From Laetmonice hystrix (taxonomy: Eukaryota): a stretch of 60,000 bases of DNA. Positions 1 through 15,007 of the stretch are shown in pieces (the first letter of the stretch is position 1; the number at the start of each line of letters is the position of its first letter). Location: assembly GCA_965235115.1 (NCBI GenBank), contig OZ249436.1, forward strand, positions 51,152,001 through 51,212,000, written 5' to 3'. Both the position numbers and the translations under genes were made by a program. The notes under the pieces are model-generated. The model searched no databases. It saw only the letters and a program-made list of their open reading frames with translations, and was not told the origin of the DNA.

Positions 1-3000
1 ATCCGACCGTCCGACCAACCATTTAACTCACCAGCATCCATCTTTTCTACACCTCCTACTGAATGGACAACCGGCATCTTATAACCTGAAAAAAACATGA
101 ACTCAAAACAACCATCAATATGTGGAAATATATACAAAATCGTATGCATTTGATCAAGGTACCATACATAACATAAGAGCAAGCACACAGAACGTTTTAA
201 ACATCATTAAAACTCATCTATCAGGATATGAACACATGTCTAATACAGTCATACAAGTATCAAACAAGGTATTGAAACTAAAACAACAATAAACTCAGCA
301 TGAGAAAATATCAAATCAACATGGTCATACACAGTAATTGATGCAAGTATCATACAAGATTATTAAACTTAAAAAAATATATCATAACATTAAAACAAGC
401 AATAATAAACATACAACGAAATAAAATCAATTGGCCTATATAAGAAACGACATGCAATTCGTTTAGACCGGTTTAATACTTATCACCCTGTCAACAGTCA
501 TGTTTGGAACAAAATCTCATTCTTTTGCGACAGTTGTGGAAGACACTTCTTTTCCTACCCCAAGTCAGTTTAGTGTTTATGTTGTCTTTCTTTCGGCGTT
601 TGACTCTTTACATTTTGTTGTTTTGATATTCATTCTGCAGCACCTAGCTGCTGTGCATTATACCAACCACATTCAGCATAAGATTGTGGCATTACTGATG
701 CCTTTATAGGTTATATCTTGTTTAAACGTCGTTATTCGTGTTGTGCTTTGTCTGAACTGTTATATTCACACCCTGCTCTCTCATTCAGATTTTGCTGCAC
801 GAGTTTTCTCGTTTTGTGTTTTTTTTTCTTGTTTTTTTTTCTACTCTGTCACTATCTTTGAATTTCATTTTCGAAATGGACAGTGACATTGGCTCCATGT
901 GATGGGAACTAAACCCCTTCGCTTTTCCATGTTTCGCCAAAGTATTATCGATGACCAGTTTTTGAAGTCACTCCTTTATACTTAACTAATTTAACTAAAC
1001 TGAACCTAACTTATACATAACTTCAACAACATGAAAACTACAAAGCAAGAAACGTCAAACATAGAAGACAAAACACATTAGACAATATTTCAAACATAGA
1101 CACAATGAAATAATCAACCTCAACCCACTCCATCAACATCCACAGCCTCTAATCTGCTGCAGTAGGCCTACTTGAAAGGAAACCAACATACCTTGCTCAA
1201 GAAATGCAATATTACATGGCGTTTCAAATTCATTCAAACATAAGCAGCATAAACAGTAACCACAACCAACATCTTATTCAAACATTAAAGCATTCAAAAC
1301 ATCGGAAACATAAATAGAATCAGGGAAATAAATGAAATCAAATACGTAATCAAACCCCAGTGTATGAAAATATCAAACCAGCATAAACATGCCTAATACA
1401 TGTGCGACTCGTATACAAGTACACCGTATCATACATTTGACCGTTTGCCTGAGTAGCATTCTCCTGAGCATTGTACATCGTTTGGAGAACTCCGGAGTAT
1501 GGCTACACCCTTTTTACAATACACTGTCAGTTTAGTATTGATGTCTTTCTTGGTCATTTTCTTTTTGTGTTTGACTCTACATTTCGTTGTTTTGATATTC
1601 ATTCTGCAGCCCCTGGCTGCTGTGCATTGTACCAACCACATTCAGTGCAAGTCTGTGGCATGACTGATGCCGTTATAGGTTATATCTTGTTTAAACGTCG
1701 TTATTTGTTTCACGTTTAACCGATACATCAGTACTTTCAAGTCATTTTATTAAACCCAATTGTCATGTGGCGATTTTTGCCGATTTCATAAACTCTAAAG
1801 GAACACAAAAGATCAAAGAATTGACATTTTATTAATTGAGACTTATACTTATCTTAAACCAAACTTAACCTAACTTATATGCTTAACTTAAACTAAACCA
1901 TGGACCTGAACACAATCAACCTTCAACATATGAAAATACTACATCCAAAAACAGTGAAAGAATCAATCAACAGTGTAGGTAAACGATGCAAGTATCATGC
2001 ACAGGTCAAACTGCAACCCACTTTACTTGAAAGCAAACACTCATCTCTTTGAATAATCGAGTCCTCAAGGGCAGCAGGCAGGAAGGTAAGCACTAAGGTG
2101 AACAGCAGACATTCAAGCAAGAGGGTATACCGACGGGCAGGCAAGCTGAAAGACAGGCCAGCAGGCAGACGGACACAGATTACCGATCAGGAAGGCAAAC
2201 GGGTAGTAAGGCAGACAGACAGGCAGGAAGGAACGATCGCAGACAGGCAGGCAGTCAAGCAGGCGGTAAGGCAGGCAGGCAGGCGGCCAGGTAGTGAAAG
2301 CAGGCACGCAGGAAAGCAGGGGATTGGCCAGGCAGGACGGCACGCAGATTGGCACACCTAGGCACACCGCTCCACACACCCACCCACCCACCCAAAACCC
2401 CACATTACCACATGTCCACCAGAGTACCCAGCGGACCACCCCCCCAACCAGACAACCCGCCCAACCGGCCACCCATCTGACCCCACACCCACCCTGAAAC
2501 CCATCGATCCACCCGACAAACCCGAAAACCGACCCGAAAAGCAACCCATCCGACCGTCCGAGCGACCGACCAACCATTTAACTCACCAGCATCCATCTTT
2601 TCTACACCTCCTACTGAATGGACAACCGGCATCTTATAACCTGAAAAAAACATGAACTCAAAACAACCATCAATATGTGGAAATATATACAAAATCGTAT
2701 GCATTTGATCAAGGTACCATACATAACATAAGAGCAAGCACACAGAACGTTTTAAACATCATTAAAACTCATCTATCAGGATATGAACACATGTCTAATA
2801 CAGTCATACAAGTATCAAACAAGGTATTGAAACTAAAACAACAATAAACTCAGCATGAGAAAATATCAAATCAACATGGTCATACACAGTAATTGATGCA
2901 AGTATCATACAAGATTATTAAACTTAAAAAAATATATCATAACATTAAAACAAGCAATAATAAACATACAACGAAATAAAATCAATTGGCCTATATAAGA

Positions 3001-6000
3001 AACGACATGCAATTTGTTTAGACCGGTTTAATACTTATCACCCTGTCAACAGTCATGTTTGGAACAAAATCTCATTCTTTTGCGACAGTTGTGGAAGACA
3101 CTTCTTTTCCTACCCCAAGTCAGTTTAGTGTTTATGTTGTCTTTCTTTCGGCGTTTGACTCTTTACATTTTGTTGTTTTGATATTCATTCTGCAGCACCT
3201 AGCTGCTGTGCATTATACCAACCACATTCAGCATAAGATTGTGGCATTACTGATGCCTTTATAGGTTATATCTTGTTTAAACGTCGTTATTCGTGTTGTG
3301 CTTTGTCTGAACTGTTATATTCACACCCTGCTCTCTCATTCAGATTTTGCTGCACGAGTTTTCTCGTTTTGTGTTTTTTTTTCTTGTTTTTTTTTTCTAC
3401 TCTGTCACTATCTTTGAATTTCATTTTCGAAATGGACAGTGACATTGGCTCCATGTGATGGGAACTAAACCCCTTCGCTTTTCCATGTTTCGCCAAAGTA
3501 TTATCGATGACCAGTTTTTGAAGTCACTCCTTTATACTTAACTAATTTAACTAAACTGAACCTAACTTATACATAACTTCAACAACATGAAAACTACAAA
3601 GCAAGAAACGTCAAACATAGAAGACAAAACACATTAGACAATATTTCAAACATAGACACAATGAAATAATCAACCTCAACCCACTCCATCAACATCCACA
3701 GCCTCTAATCTGCTGCAGTAGGCCTACTTGAAAGGAAACCAACATACCTTGCTCAAGAAATGCAATATTACATGGCGTTTCAAATTCATTCAAACATAAG
3801 CAGCATAAACAGTAACCACAACCAACATCTTATTCAAACATTAAAGCATTCAAAACATCGGAAACATAAATAGAATCAGGGAAATAAATGAAATCAAATA
3901 CGTAATCAAACCCCAGTGTATGAAAATATCAAACCAGCATAAACATGCCTAATACATGTGCGACTCGTATACAAGTACACCGTATCATACATTTGACCGT
4001 TTGCCTGAGTAGCATTCTCCTGAGCATTGTTCATCGTTTGGAGAACTCCGGAGTATGGCTACACCCTTTTTACAATACACTGTCAGTTTAGTATTGATGT
4101 CTTTCTTGGTCATTTTCTTTTTGTGTTTGACTCTACATTTCGTTGTTTTGATATTCATTCTGCAGCCCCTGGCTGCTGTGCATTGTACCAACCACATTCA
4201 GTGCAAGTCTGTGGCATGACTGATGCCGTTATAGGTTATATCTTGTTTAAACGTCGTTATTTGTTTCACGTTTAACCGATACATCAGTACTTTCAAGTCA
4301 TTTTATTAAACCCAATTGTCATGTGGCGATTTTTGCCGATTTCATAAACTCTAAAGGAACACAAAAGATCAAAGAATTGACATTTTATTAATTGAGACTT
4401 ATACTTATCTTAAACCAAACTTAACCTAACTTATATGCTTAACTTAAACTAAACCATGGACCTGAACACAATCAACCTTCAACATATGAAAATACTACAT
4501 CCAAAAACAGTGAAAGAATCAATCAACAGTGTAGGTAAACGATGCAAGTATCATGCACAGGTCAAACTGCAACCCACTTTACTTGAAAGCAAACACTCAT
4601 CTCTTTGAATAATCGAGTCCTCAAGGGCAGCAGGCAGGAAGGTAAGCACTAAGGTGAACAGCAGACATTCAAGCAAGAGGGTATACCGACGGGCAGGCAA
4701 GCTGAAAGACAGGCCAGCAGGCAGACGGACACAGATTACCGATCAGGAAGGCAAACGGGTAGTAAGGCAGACAGACAGGCAGGAAGGAACGATCGCAGAC
4801 AGGCAGGCAGTCAAGCAGGCGGTAAGGCAGGCAGGCAGGCGGCCAGGTAGTGAAAGCAGGCACGCAGGAAAGCAGGGGATTGGCCAGGCAGGACGGCACG
4901 CAGATTGGCACACCTAGGCACACCGCTCCACACACCCACCCACCCACCCAAAACCCCACATTACCACATGTCCACCAGAGTACCCAGCGGACCACCCCCC
5001 CAACCAGACAACCCGCCCAACCGGCCACCCATCTGACCCCACACCCACCCTGAAACCCATCGATCCACCCGACAAACCCGAAAACCGACCCGAAAAGCAA
5101 CCCATCCGACCGTCCGAGCGACCGACCAACCATTTAACTCACCAGCATCCATCTTTTCTACACCTCCTACTGAATGGACAACCGGCATCTTATAACCTGA
5201 AAAAAACATGAACTCAAAACAACCATCAATATGTGGAAATATATACAAAATCGTATGCATTTGATCAAGGTACCATACATAACATAAGAGCAAGCACACA
5301 GAACGTTTTAAACATCATTAAAACTCATCTATCAGGATATGAACACATGTCTAATACAGTCATACAAGTATCAAACAAGGTATTGAAACTAAAACAACAA
5401 TAAACTCAGCATGAGAAAATATCAAATCAACATGGTCATACACAGTAATTGATGCAAGTATCATACAAGATTATTAAACTTAAAAAAATATATCATAACA
5501 TTAAAACAAGCAATAATAAACATACAACGAAATAAAATCAATTGGCCTATATAAGAAACGACATGCAATTTGTTTAGACCGGTTTAATACTTATCACCCT
5601 GTCAACAGTCATGTTTGGAACAAAATCTCATTCTTTTGCGACAGTTGTGGAAGACACTTCTTTTCCTACCCCAAGTCAGTTTAGTGTTTATGTTGTCTTT
5701 CTTTCGGCGTTTGACTCTTTACATTTTGTTGTTTTGATATTCATTCTGCAGCACCTAGCTGCTGTGCATTATACCAACCACATTCAGCATAAGATTGTGG
5801 CATTACTGATGCCTTTATAGGTTATATCTTGTTTAAACGTCGTTATTCGTGTTGTGCTTTGTCTGAACTGTTATATTCACACCCTGCTCTCTCATTCAGA
5901 TTTTGCTGCACGAGTTTTCTCGTTTTGTGTTTTTTTTTCTTGTTTTTTTTTCTACTCTGTCACTATCTTTGAATTTCATTTTCGAAATGGACAGTGACAT

Positions 6001-9000
6001 TGGCTCCATGTGATGGGAACTAAACCCCTTCGCTTTTCCATGTTTCGCCAAAGTATTATCGATGACCAGTTTTTGAAGTCACTCCTTTATACTTAACTAA
6101 TTTAACTAAACTGAACCTAACTTATACATAACTTCAACAACATGAAAACTACAAAGCAAGAAACGTCAAACATAGAAGACAAAACACATTAGACAATATT
6201 TCAAACATAGACACAATGAAATAATCAACCTCAACCCACTCCATCAACATCCACAGCCTCTAATCTGCTGCAGTAGGCCTACTTGAAAGGAAACCAACAT
6301 ACCTTGCTCAAGAAATGCAATATTACATGGCGTTTCAAATTCATTCAAACATAAGCAGCATAAACAGTAACCACAACCAACATCTTATTCAAACATTAAA
6401 GCATTCAAAACATCGGAAACATAAATAGAATCAGGGAAATAAATGAAATCAAATACGTAATCAAACCCCAGTGTATGAAAATATCAAACCAGCATAAACA
6501 TGCCTAATACATGTGCGACTCGTATACAAGTACACCGTATCATACATTTGACCGTTTGCCTGAGTAGCATTCTCCTGAGCATTGTTCATCGTTTGGAGAA
6601 CTCCGGAGTATGGCTACACCCTTTTTACAATACACTGTCAGTTTAGTATTGATGTCTTTCTTGGTCATTTTCTTTTTGTGTTTGACTCTACATTTCGTTG
6701 TTTTGATATTCATTCTGCAGCCCCTGGCTGCTGTGCATTGTACCAACCACATTCAGTGCAAGTCTGTGGCATGACTGATGCCGTTATAGGTTATATCTTG
6801 TTTAAACGTCGTTATTTGTTTCACGTTTAACCGATACATCAGTACTTTCAAGTCATTTTATTAAACCCAATTGTCATGTGGCGATTTTTGCCGATTTCAT
6901 AAACTCTAAAGGAACACAAAAGATCAAAGAATTGACATTTTATTAATTGAGACTTATACTTATCTTAAACCAAACTTAACCTAACTTATATGCTTAACTT
7001 AAACTAAACCATGGACCTGAACACAATCAACCTTCAACATATGAAAATACTACATCCAAAAACAGTGAAAGAATCAATCAACAGTGTAGGTAAACGATGC
7101 AAGTATCATGCACAGGTCAAACTGCAACCCACTTTACTTGAAAGCAAACACTCATCTCTTTGAATAATCGAGTCCTCAAGGGCAGCAGGCAGGAAGGTAA
7201 GCACTAAGGTGAACAGCAGACATTCAAGCAAGAGGGTATACCGACGGGCAGGCAAGCTGAAAGACAGGCCAGCAGGCAGACGGACACAGATTACCGATCA
7301 GGAAGGCAAACGGGTAGTAAGGCAGACAGACAGGCAGGAAGGAACGATCGCAGACAGGCAGGCAGTCAAGCAGGCGGTAAGGCAGGCAGGCAGGCGGCCA
7401 GGTAGTGAAAGCAGGCACGCAGGAAAGCAGGGGATTGGCCAGGCAGGACGGCACGCAGATTGGCACACCTAGGCACACCGCTCCACACACCCACCCACCC
7501 ACCCAAAACCCCACATTACCACATGTCCACCAGAGTACCCAGCGGACCACCCCCCCAACCAGACAACCCGCCCAACCGGCCACCCATCTGACCCCACACC
7601 CACCCTGAAACCCATCGATCCACCCGACAAACCCGAAAACCGACCCGAAAAGCAACCCATCCGACCGTCCGAGCGACCGACCAACCATTTAACTCACCAG
7701 CATCCATCTTTTCTACACCTCCTACTGAATGGACAACCGGCATCTTATAACCTGAAAAAAACATGAACTCAAAACAACCATCAATATGTGGAAATATATA
7801 CAAAATCGTATGCATTTGATCAAGGTACCATACATAACATAAGAGCAAGCACACAGAACGTTTTAAACATCATTAAAACTCATCTATCAGGATATGAACA
7901 CATGTCTAATACAGTCATACAAGTATCAAACAAGGTATTGAAACTAAAACAACAATAAACTCAGCATGAGAAAATATCAAATCAACATGGTTATACACAG
8001 TAATTGATGCAAGTATCATACAAGATTATTAAACTTAAAAAAATATATCATAACATTAAAACAAGCAATAATAAACATACAACGAAATAAAATCAATTGG
8101 CCTATATAAGAAACGACATGCAATTTGTTTAGACCGGTTTAATACTTATCACCCTGTCAACAGTCATGTTTGGAACAAAATCTCATTCTTTTGCAACAGT
8201 TGTGGAAGACACTTCTTTTCCTACCCCAAGTCAGTTTAGTGTTTATGTTGTCTTTCTTTCGGCGTTTGACTCTTTACATTTTGTTGTTTTGATATTCATT
8301 CTGCAGCACCTAGCTGCTGTGCATTATACCAACCACATTCAGCATAAGATTGTGGCATTACTGATGCCTTTATAGGTTATATCTTGTTTAAACGTCGTTA
8401 TTCGTGTTGTGCTTTGTCTGAACTGTTATATTCACACCCTGCTCTCTCATTCAGATTTTGCTGCACGAGTTTTCTCGTTTTGTGTTTTTTTTTCTTGTTT
8501 TTTTTTCTACTCTGTCACTATCTTTGAATTTCATTTTCGAAATGGACAGTGACATTGGCTCCATGTGATGGGAACTAAACCCCTTCGCTTTTCCATGTTT
8601 CGCCAAAGTATTATCGATGACCAGTTTTTGAAGTCACTCCTTTATACTTAACTAATTTAACTAAACTGAACCTAACTTATACATAACTTCAACAACATGA
8701 AAACTACAAAGCAAGAAACGTCAAACATAGAAGACAAAACACATTAGACAATATTTCAAACATAGACACAATGAAATAATCAACCTCAACCCACTCCATC
8801 AACATCCACAGCCTCTAATCTGCTGCAGTAGGCCTACTTGAAAGGAAACCAACATACCTTGCTCAAGAAATGCAATATTACATGGCGTTTCAAATTCATT
8901 CGAACATAAGCAGCATAAACAGTAACCACAACCAACATCTTATTCAAACATTAAAGCATTCAAAACATCGGAAACATAAATAGAATCAGGGAAATAAATG

Positions 9001-10877
9001 AAATCAAATACGTAATCAAACCCCAGTGTATGAAAATATCAAACCAGCATAAACATGCCTAATACATGTGCGACTCGTATACAAGTACACCGTATCATAC
9101 ATTTGACCGTTTGCCTGAGTAGCATTCTCCTGAGCATTGTTCATCGTTTGGAGAACTCCGGAGTATGGCTACACCCTTTTTACAATACACTGTCAGTTTA
9201 GTATTGATGTCTTTCTTGGTCATTTTCTTTTTGTGTTTGACTCTACATTTCGTTGTTTTGATATTCATTCTGCAGCCCCTGGCTGCTGTGCATTGTACCA
9301 ACCACATTCAGTGCAAGTCTGTGGCATGACTGATGCCGTTATAGGTTATATCTTGTTTAAACGTCGTTATTTGTTTCACGTTTAACCGATACATCAGTAC
9401 TTTCAAGTCATTTTATTAAACCCAATTGTCATGTGGCGATTTTTGCCGATTTCATAAACTCTAAAGGAACACAAAAGATCAAAGAATTGACATTTTATTA
9501 ATTGAGACTTATACTTATCTTAAACCAAACTTAACCTAACTTATATGCTTAACTTAAACTAAACCATGGACCTGAACACAATCAACCTTCAACATATGAA
9601 AATACTACATCCAAAAACAGTGAAAGAATCAATCAACAGTGTAGGTAAACGATGCAAGTATCATGCACAGGTCAAACTGCAACCCACTTTACTTGAAAGC
9701 AAACACTCATCTCTTTGAATAATCGTGTCCTCAAGGGCAGCAGGCAGGAAGGTAAGCACTAAGGTGAACAGCAGACATTCAAGCAAGAGGGTATACCGAC
9801 GGGCAGGCAAGCTGAAAGACAGGCCAGCAGGCAGACGGACACAGATTACCGATCAGGAAGGCAAACGGGTAGTAAGGCAGACAGACAGGCAGGAAGGAAC
9901 GATCGCAGACAGGCAGGCAGTCAAGCAGGCGGTAAGGCAGGCAGGCAGGCGGCCAGGTAGTGAAAGCAGGCACGCAGGAAAGCAGGGGATTGGCCAGGCA
10001 GGACGGCACGCAGATTGGCACACCTAGGCACACCGCTCCACACACCCACCCACCCACCCAAAACCCCACATTACCACATGTCCACCAGAGTACCCAGCGG
10101 ACCACCCCCCCAACCAGACAACCCGCCCAACCGGCCACCCATCTGACCCCACACCCACCCTGAAACCCATCGATCCACCCGACAAACCCGAAAACCGACC
10201 CGAAAAGCAACCCATCCGACCGTCCGAGCGACCGACCAACCATTTAACTCACCAGCATCCATCTTTTCTACACCTCCTACTGAATGGACAACCGGCATCT
10301 TATAACCTGAAAAAAACATGAACTCAAAACAACCATCAATATGTGGAAATATATACAAAATCGTATGCATTTGATCAAGGTACCATACATAACATAAGAG
10401 CAAGCACACAGAACGTTTTAAACATCATTAAAACTCATCTATCAGGATATGAACACATGTCTAATACAGTCATACAAGTATCAAACGAGGTATTGAAACT
10501 AAAACAACAATAAACTCAGCATGAGAAAATATCAAATCAACATGGTCATACACAGTAATTGATGCAAGTATCATACAAGATTATTAAACTTAAAAAAATA
10601 TATCATAACATTAAAACAAGCAATAATAAACATACAACGAAATCAAATCAATTGGCCTATATAAGAAACGACATGCAATTTGTTTAGACCGGTTTAATAC
10701 TTATCACCCTGTCAACAGTCATGTTTGGAACAAAATCTCATTCTTTTGCGACAGTTGTGGAAGACACTTCTTTTCCTACCCCAAGTCAGTTTAGTGTTTA
10801 TGTTGTCTTTCTTTTGGCGTTTGACTCTTTACATTTTGTTGTTTTGATATTCATTCTGCAGCACCTGGCTGCTGTGC
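1..10877. repeat. Large tandem array, unit 2555-2556 bp, about 4.25 near-identical copies (continues off the left edge)
   Basis: Identical ORF-track entries recur at 500, 3055, 5611, 8166, 10721 (periods 2555/2556/2555/2555). Only scattered SNPs and a poly-T indel differ. Similarity breaks after ...gctgctgtgc at ~10877. Confidence 0.98.
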
Positions 10878-11399
10878 TGTACCGTATGGTTTTTTTGTAT
10901 TTATTTTTTGCTCGCTTGTACCAATTCTTCATCAGTTATTTCTGTCACCTGTGTCATTCCTTTGCCTGTTTTAAGACCTTTGTGGCAATTCCTGGATTTT
11001 CATCATGCTACAACTTTTGTTAATCTCATAACCTCTGTTGGAATCAAGATATCAAGCAATAGACATTTTGATTATAAAATGAGCAACTTAAAAAGGTTAG
11101 GAACTTAACTAACAACCAAGCAAAGACCTTAGTGATAAGTCAAAACTGATACATTGTTTTAAACACGGCCCCGAACAATGGTAAGCATGTGAAAATATCA
11201 CATACAAAATCAATGGAAATCGATAATCAACCTATTAGATATGTACTATCATACATGGGCCAAACCCTCGACCCATTCAACATTCATACAAGCCCTAAAT
11301 CTGCTGCGGTGTTTTAAGGCAACCCCACAGAAAAGGAACATAAAGACAAACACATACTCTTTCAAACATTTGAACCTGTAGGTTATTCTTCACGTTGGC

Positions 11400-11840
11400 A
11401 CCCTAGGTTTGTGTTAAACCTGAGCATGTTGACATACTTGATTTGTGCCTTTTTATTGTTATGCTGATGCACCAGTTTTTGTCAGTGATTTCATGCTTAA
11501 ACCTAAGCATGTTGGCACCCTTGCTTTGTGTCTTTATTGTTATACCCATTCACCAGTTTTTTCAGCGATCTCATGTTTAAACCTGAGTCATGTCGACACC
11601 CTCGGTTTGTGTCGTTAATATTATAGTGATGTACCAGTTGTTGTCAGCGATTTATGTTTTAACATGAGCGCGTTGCACCCGTGGTTTGAATTTTTATACT
11701 CATTCTCTGGTTTTTTTTAGCGATTTCATGTTTAAACCCGAGTCATGGTGACACCCTTGGTTTGTGTCCTTATATTGTTATACTGATGTACCAGTTTTTG
11801 TCAGCGATTTTGTGTTTATACCCAAGCACGTTGGCACCCT
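11400..11840. repeat. Degenerate ~80-bp tandem repeat (5-6 units)
   Basis: Recurring ttaaacctgagcatgttggcacccttg...tgatgtaccagtttttgtcagcgatttcatgt. Confidence 0.8.
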
Positions 11841-13814
11841 TGAAATCCTTGAAGAGGCCAAAGAACCTTATTTTCACACGTTCAAAGAGTCCTACACTAA
11901 CACATTCAGACTTACATTCAAAACTTAAAAACAAATCACAAGCTATACAATAAACTATGATACACACAATTGTGTAATACACATCGATTCAAACATCATC
12001 ACGTGAATCATCATCATCAAAATAAGAAAAGATTAAATCAACAGGTGCCCTGTTCCAGTGGCAGTGTATGAAAGCCAAAGCCAAAGTTTGCACTGTTCAT
12101 GGTCATAAAACATGAGGAACTTAAATTTAAACACAACTTAAATAAATCTTAACAACAATCTAGCCCCTAAGATGCCCTTTACATTTTGTAAAAAGTCAAA
12201 CCTTAGTATTGGATCTCAGGTTACTTTCTCAGGATTAAGAAGGCTAGAATTTGCCTGAAAAAAAGCAAGCATACAAAAGATTATACTATCAGATAATATC
12301 CATTTGTTATCTGAATAATGGATATTATGATCAACATGACCAATCTGAAGAATACAGGTTAATAAGCCATAGGCCAACCGATGGCACCAAACACGTGCCT
12401 TCATGCATTACCAAGTCATGATTGTGTAGGCCTACATGTGTACTACTGCTTCAACCATCATCAAACAAAACCTTAAACAAGGGAAGCAGACATAAGTGGG
12501 AAGACAGGAAGTTAAGCAGGCAGCCATCTGGGAAGGTAGAGCAGCCGTAGGGCAGGGACATGGCCAGGCAGACAAGCATGCAGGTTTGCAGGGATTGGCC
12601 TCACGCAACCACACACTCAGCCACCCACCCACCCACCGACCCGAACTGACCACCAACCAGTCCACCATCTGACCGCCTGCCACCTGACGTGTGTCCACCC
12701 TCCGACCCAACCACCCATCTGATCACCGGCCTAGTTACCTGAAAACCAACAGGAAAACCAGCCCATCTAACTACCTATGAATATTTATAATCTAGGCCCC
12801 AATAATGCCCCAACAATGAAATTAGGCCTATCATCAAGCCAAAAATGTGATTTCACGTACCTTTTCTGCAGATTATGCAGGTTGTAGGGCGTGCTTTCCA
12901 TCTCGTCAGCCTTTAGCCATCATCTAGTTGCATAATGACCACCTCAAGGAAGCTCGGGTTATGAATTTGGGGAGATAAATATTCAAAATATGAAATGAAA
13001 CCCGAAGGGAACAGTTTCAGCAACAATGATCTTGTCATATTGAGGTCAACAGTTTTTACGGTGAGAAAACATTAAAATATGAAATAAAACCTGAAGGGAA
13101 CAGTTTTTATGGCAGCAAGTAACTGACAAACTTTGTCTCGTCGAGGTCCGAATGGAATACGAACCTGAGAGGCCAAGGAGCTCAGGGGCCTGGCTCACTT
13201 GGTCACTGCAATTGTTTTGTCAGAAATGTTCACGAAAAGGCATAGAAGCTGAAGGTGAACTAATGTCATAGTCAAGCTACCTACTTCCCTGACCACCGGA
13301 TCTGGCGTCTAAACAACACACGATTACCCACTGGTGACATCTATAAGCATCTTTGGCACAGGATGCCGGCTGTCGGAGCGAGGAGGAACCCTTGCCGAAC
13401 AGTCCCGTACATTGCCCCTCCTCTCTGGGACACACTGCCCCCCTACACTGTATGGCCAATGAACAGTTTTAACTGTATGAACAGTTGACTGCCCGATTCT
13501 AACAACTTTTACCAGCAGCATGCGAGGACAGACTACGAAAGGTGGCGGGTTAGGACAAACACCGTCAGATTCCACTGCAGTAGATTGAAGCCTGCTGACC
13601 ACCCAACACCGACTGTGATGCAACAAATTACCACGCGACAGTTACCCAGACAGCGGCCAGTGTGAACATTCTGACTTGGCAATAAGGTATAGTTTAACAA
13701 TTGTTTATACATCACAGTATAATGACGTCAACCTAGCGTTTGGACAACTTACCGCCCAATCTACCCACCATCTATTAACCAACCAGCTAAGTAATTAAAC
13801 AACCAACCAATGAT

Positions 13815-14840
13815 TTTCCCTTTTTCGTGACAGGTTCCAGGTAGATGGACAACTGAAAACAAGAAAGGTTGAATGGTTAATAAAATGATTTAAAATGATA
13901 CACACGTAAATCATTTGTCAAAAAACGAAGCCGAAGCCCATTTGTTGATAGGGGCCTGCATTCCTGAAAATATCTGAGCACTGATGTGAGAATTACTCGG
14001 ATGATTTGACAATTACTGAAGTAAGGAGTAGCTTGTTCATAATAGCTCTTCAAACTTTTAATAATACCCGAATGTGTGCACCTGATCGATCAGAAACTCA
14101 CCATCATTTTGTAGTGGCCCAGGCTTGAATGAAACCAGCAGTGTAGGCCTACGCTATCTGGAAATAAATAAATGCATAAAGTAAATAAAAAAAGTGAATA
14201 AAAAAAATATAAAAAAATAAAGATTTAAAAACAATAAAGTATAAGAAAAAATAAATAAAAAACAACCACACCATCCAACCAGCCTATTATGTAGTCATAA
14301 TTTGTTCATAATAGTGGTCCTATCTTAAATAGCCTTTGTAGGTGTGGAAAACATGGTTTATCAATTGACTTCATTCATTCCTTCTGACAGACATTGATGT
14401 GTATAATTAGTCCATACCTTTGCTCATCTCTGTGGATAATCGTATAATAGATGCCCTCAGCAGCAGCAGGCAGGCATGAAGGCTGTTAGTTGCCCTCTTT
14501 CGTGACGGGTTCCAGGTAGATGGACAACTGAAAACAAAAGCGGTCGGATGGTCTATAAAATGATTTACTGAGACGATTCGAAAATTACTGAAATAAGGAA
14601 TAGCCAGGTTCGCAAGAGCTCTTCAAGGACACAAACTTCCAATAATACACAAATGTGTGCACCTGATCGATCAGAAACTCACCTTCATTATGCAGGAAAC
14701 CAGCAGTGTAGGCCTACGCTGTATGGAAATAAATAAATGCATAACGTAAATATAAAAAAAAGAGTGGATAAAAATATGAAAAAAATTTTAAAATGAAAAA
14801 AAACGAAAAAATAAATTTAAAAAATAAATAAAATAAATAA
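13815..14840. repeat. Diverged direct duplication (~13815-14260 vs ~14490-14840) ending in A-rich tracts
   Basis: Both copies share ttcgtgac.ggttccaggtagatggacaactgaaaac, cacctgatcgatcagaaactcacc and ccagcagtgtaggcctacgct...ggaaataaataaatgcataa. Confidence 0.85.
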
Positions 14841-15007
14841 ATCCGTCACAAAACCGTCATGTACAATCTGTTTCCCTAAAATAAAATAATTTCCTTCATT
14901 TAAACCAAACGCCATTTGAGATTGGACCTTACATTTCATAAGGCATGTCCCAGCCTTGCAGTGACCTGGGCCGAGTGTCTTTCTAAAAATAATTTCGGCC
15001 TACCTAC

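Noticed and set aside
500..10409. Recurring 60-154-aa ORFs in the tandem array
   Set aside because: They derive from low-complexity GGCA/CCAC tracts or the T-rich antisense strand, are open in several frames, and show no recognisable domain.
13265..13490. Protein-like reading YFPDHRIWRLNNTRLPTGDIYKHLW...
   Set aside because: Short, bounded by stops, with no start or splice support and no recognisable family.
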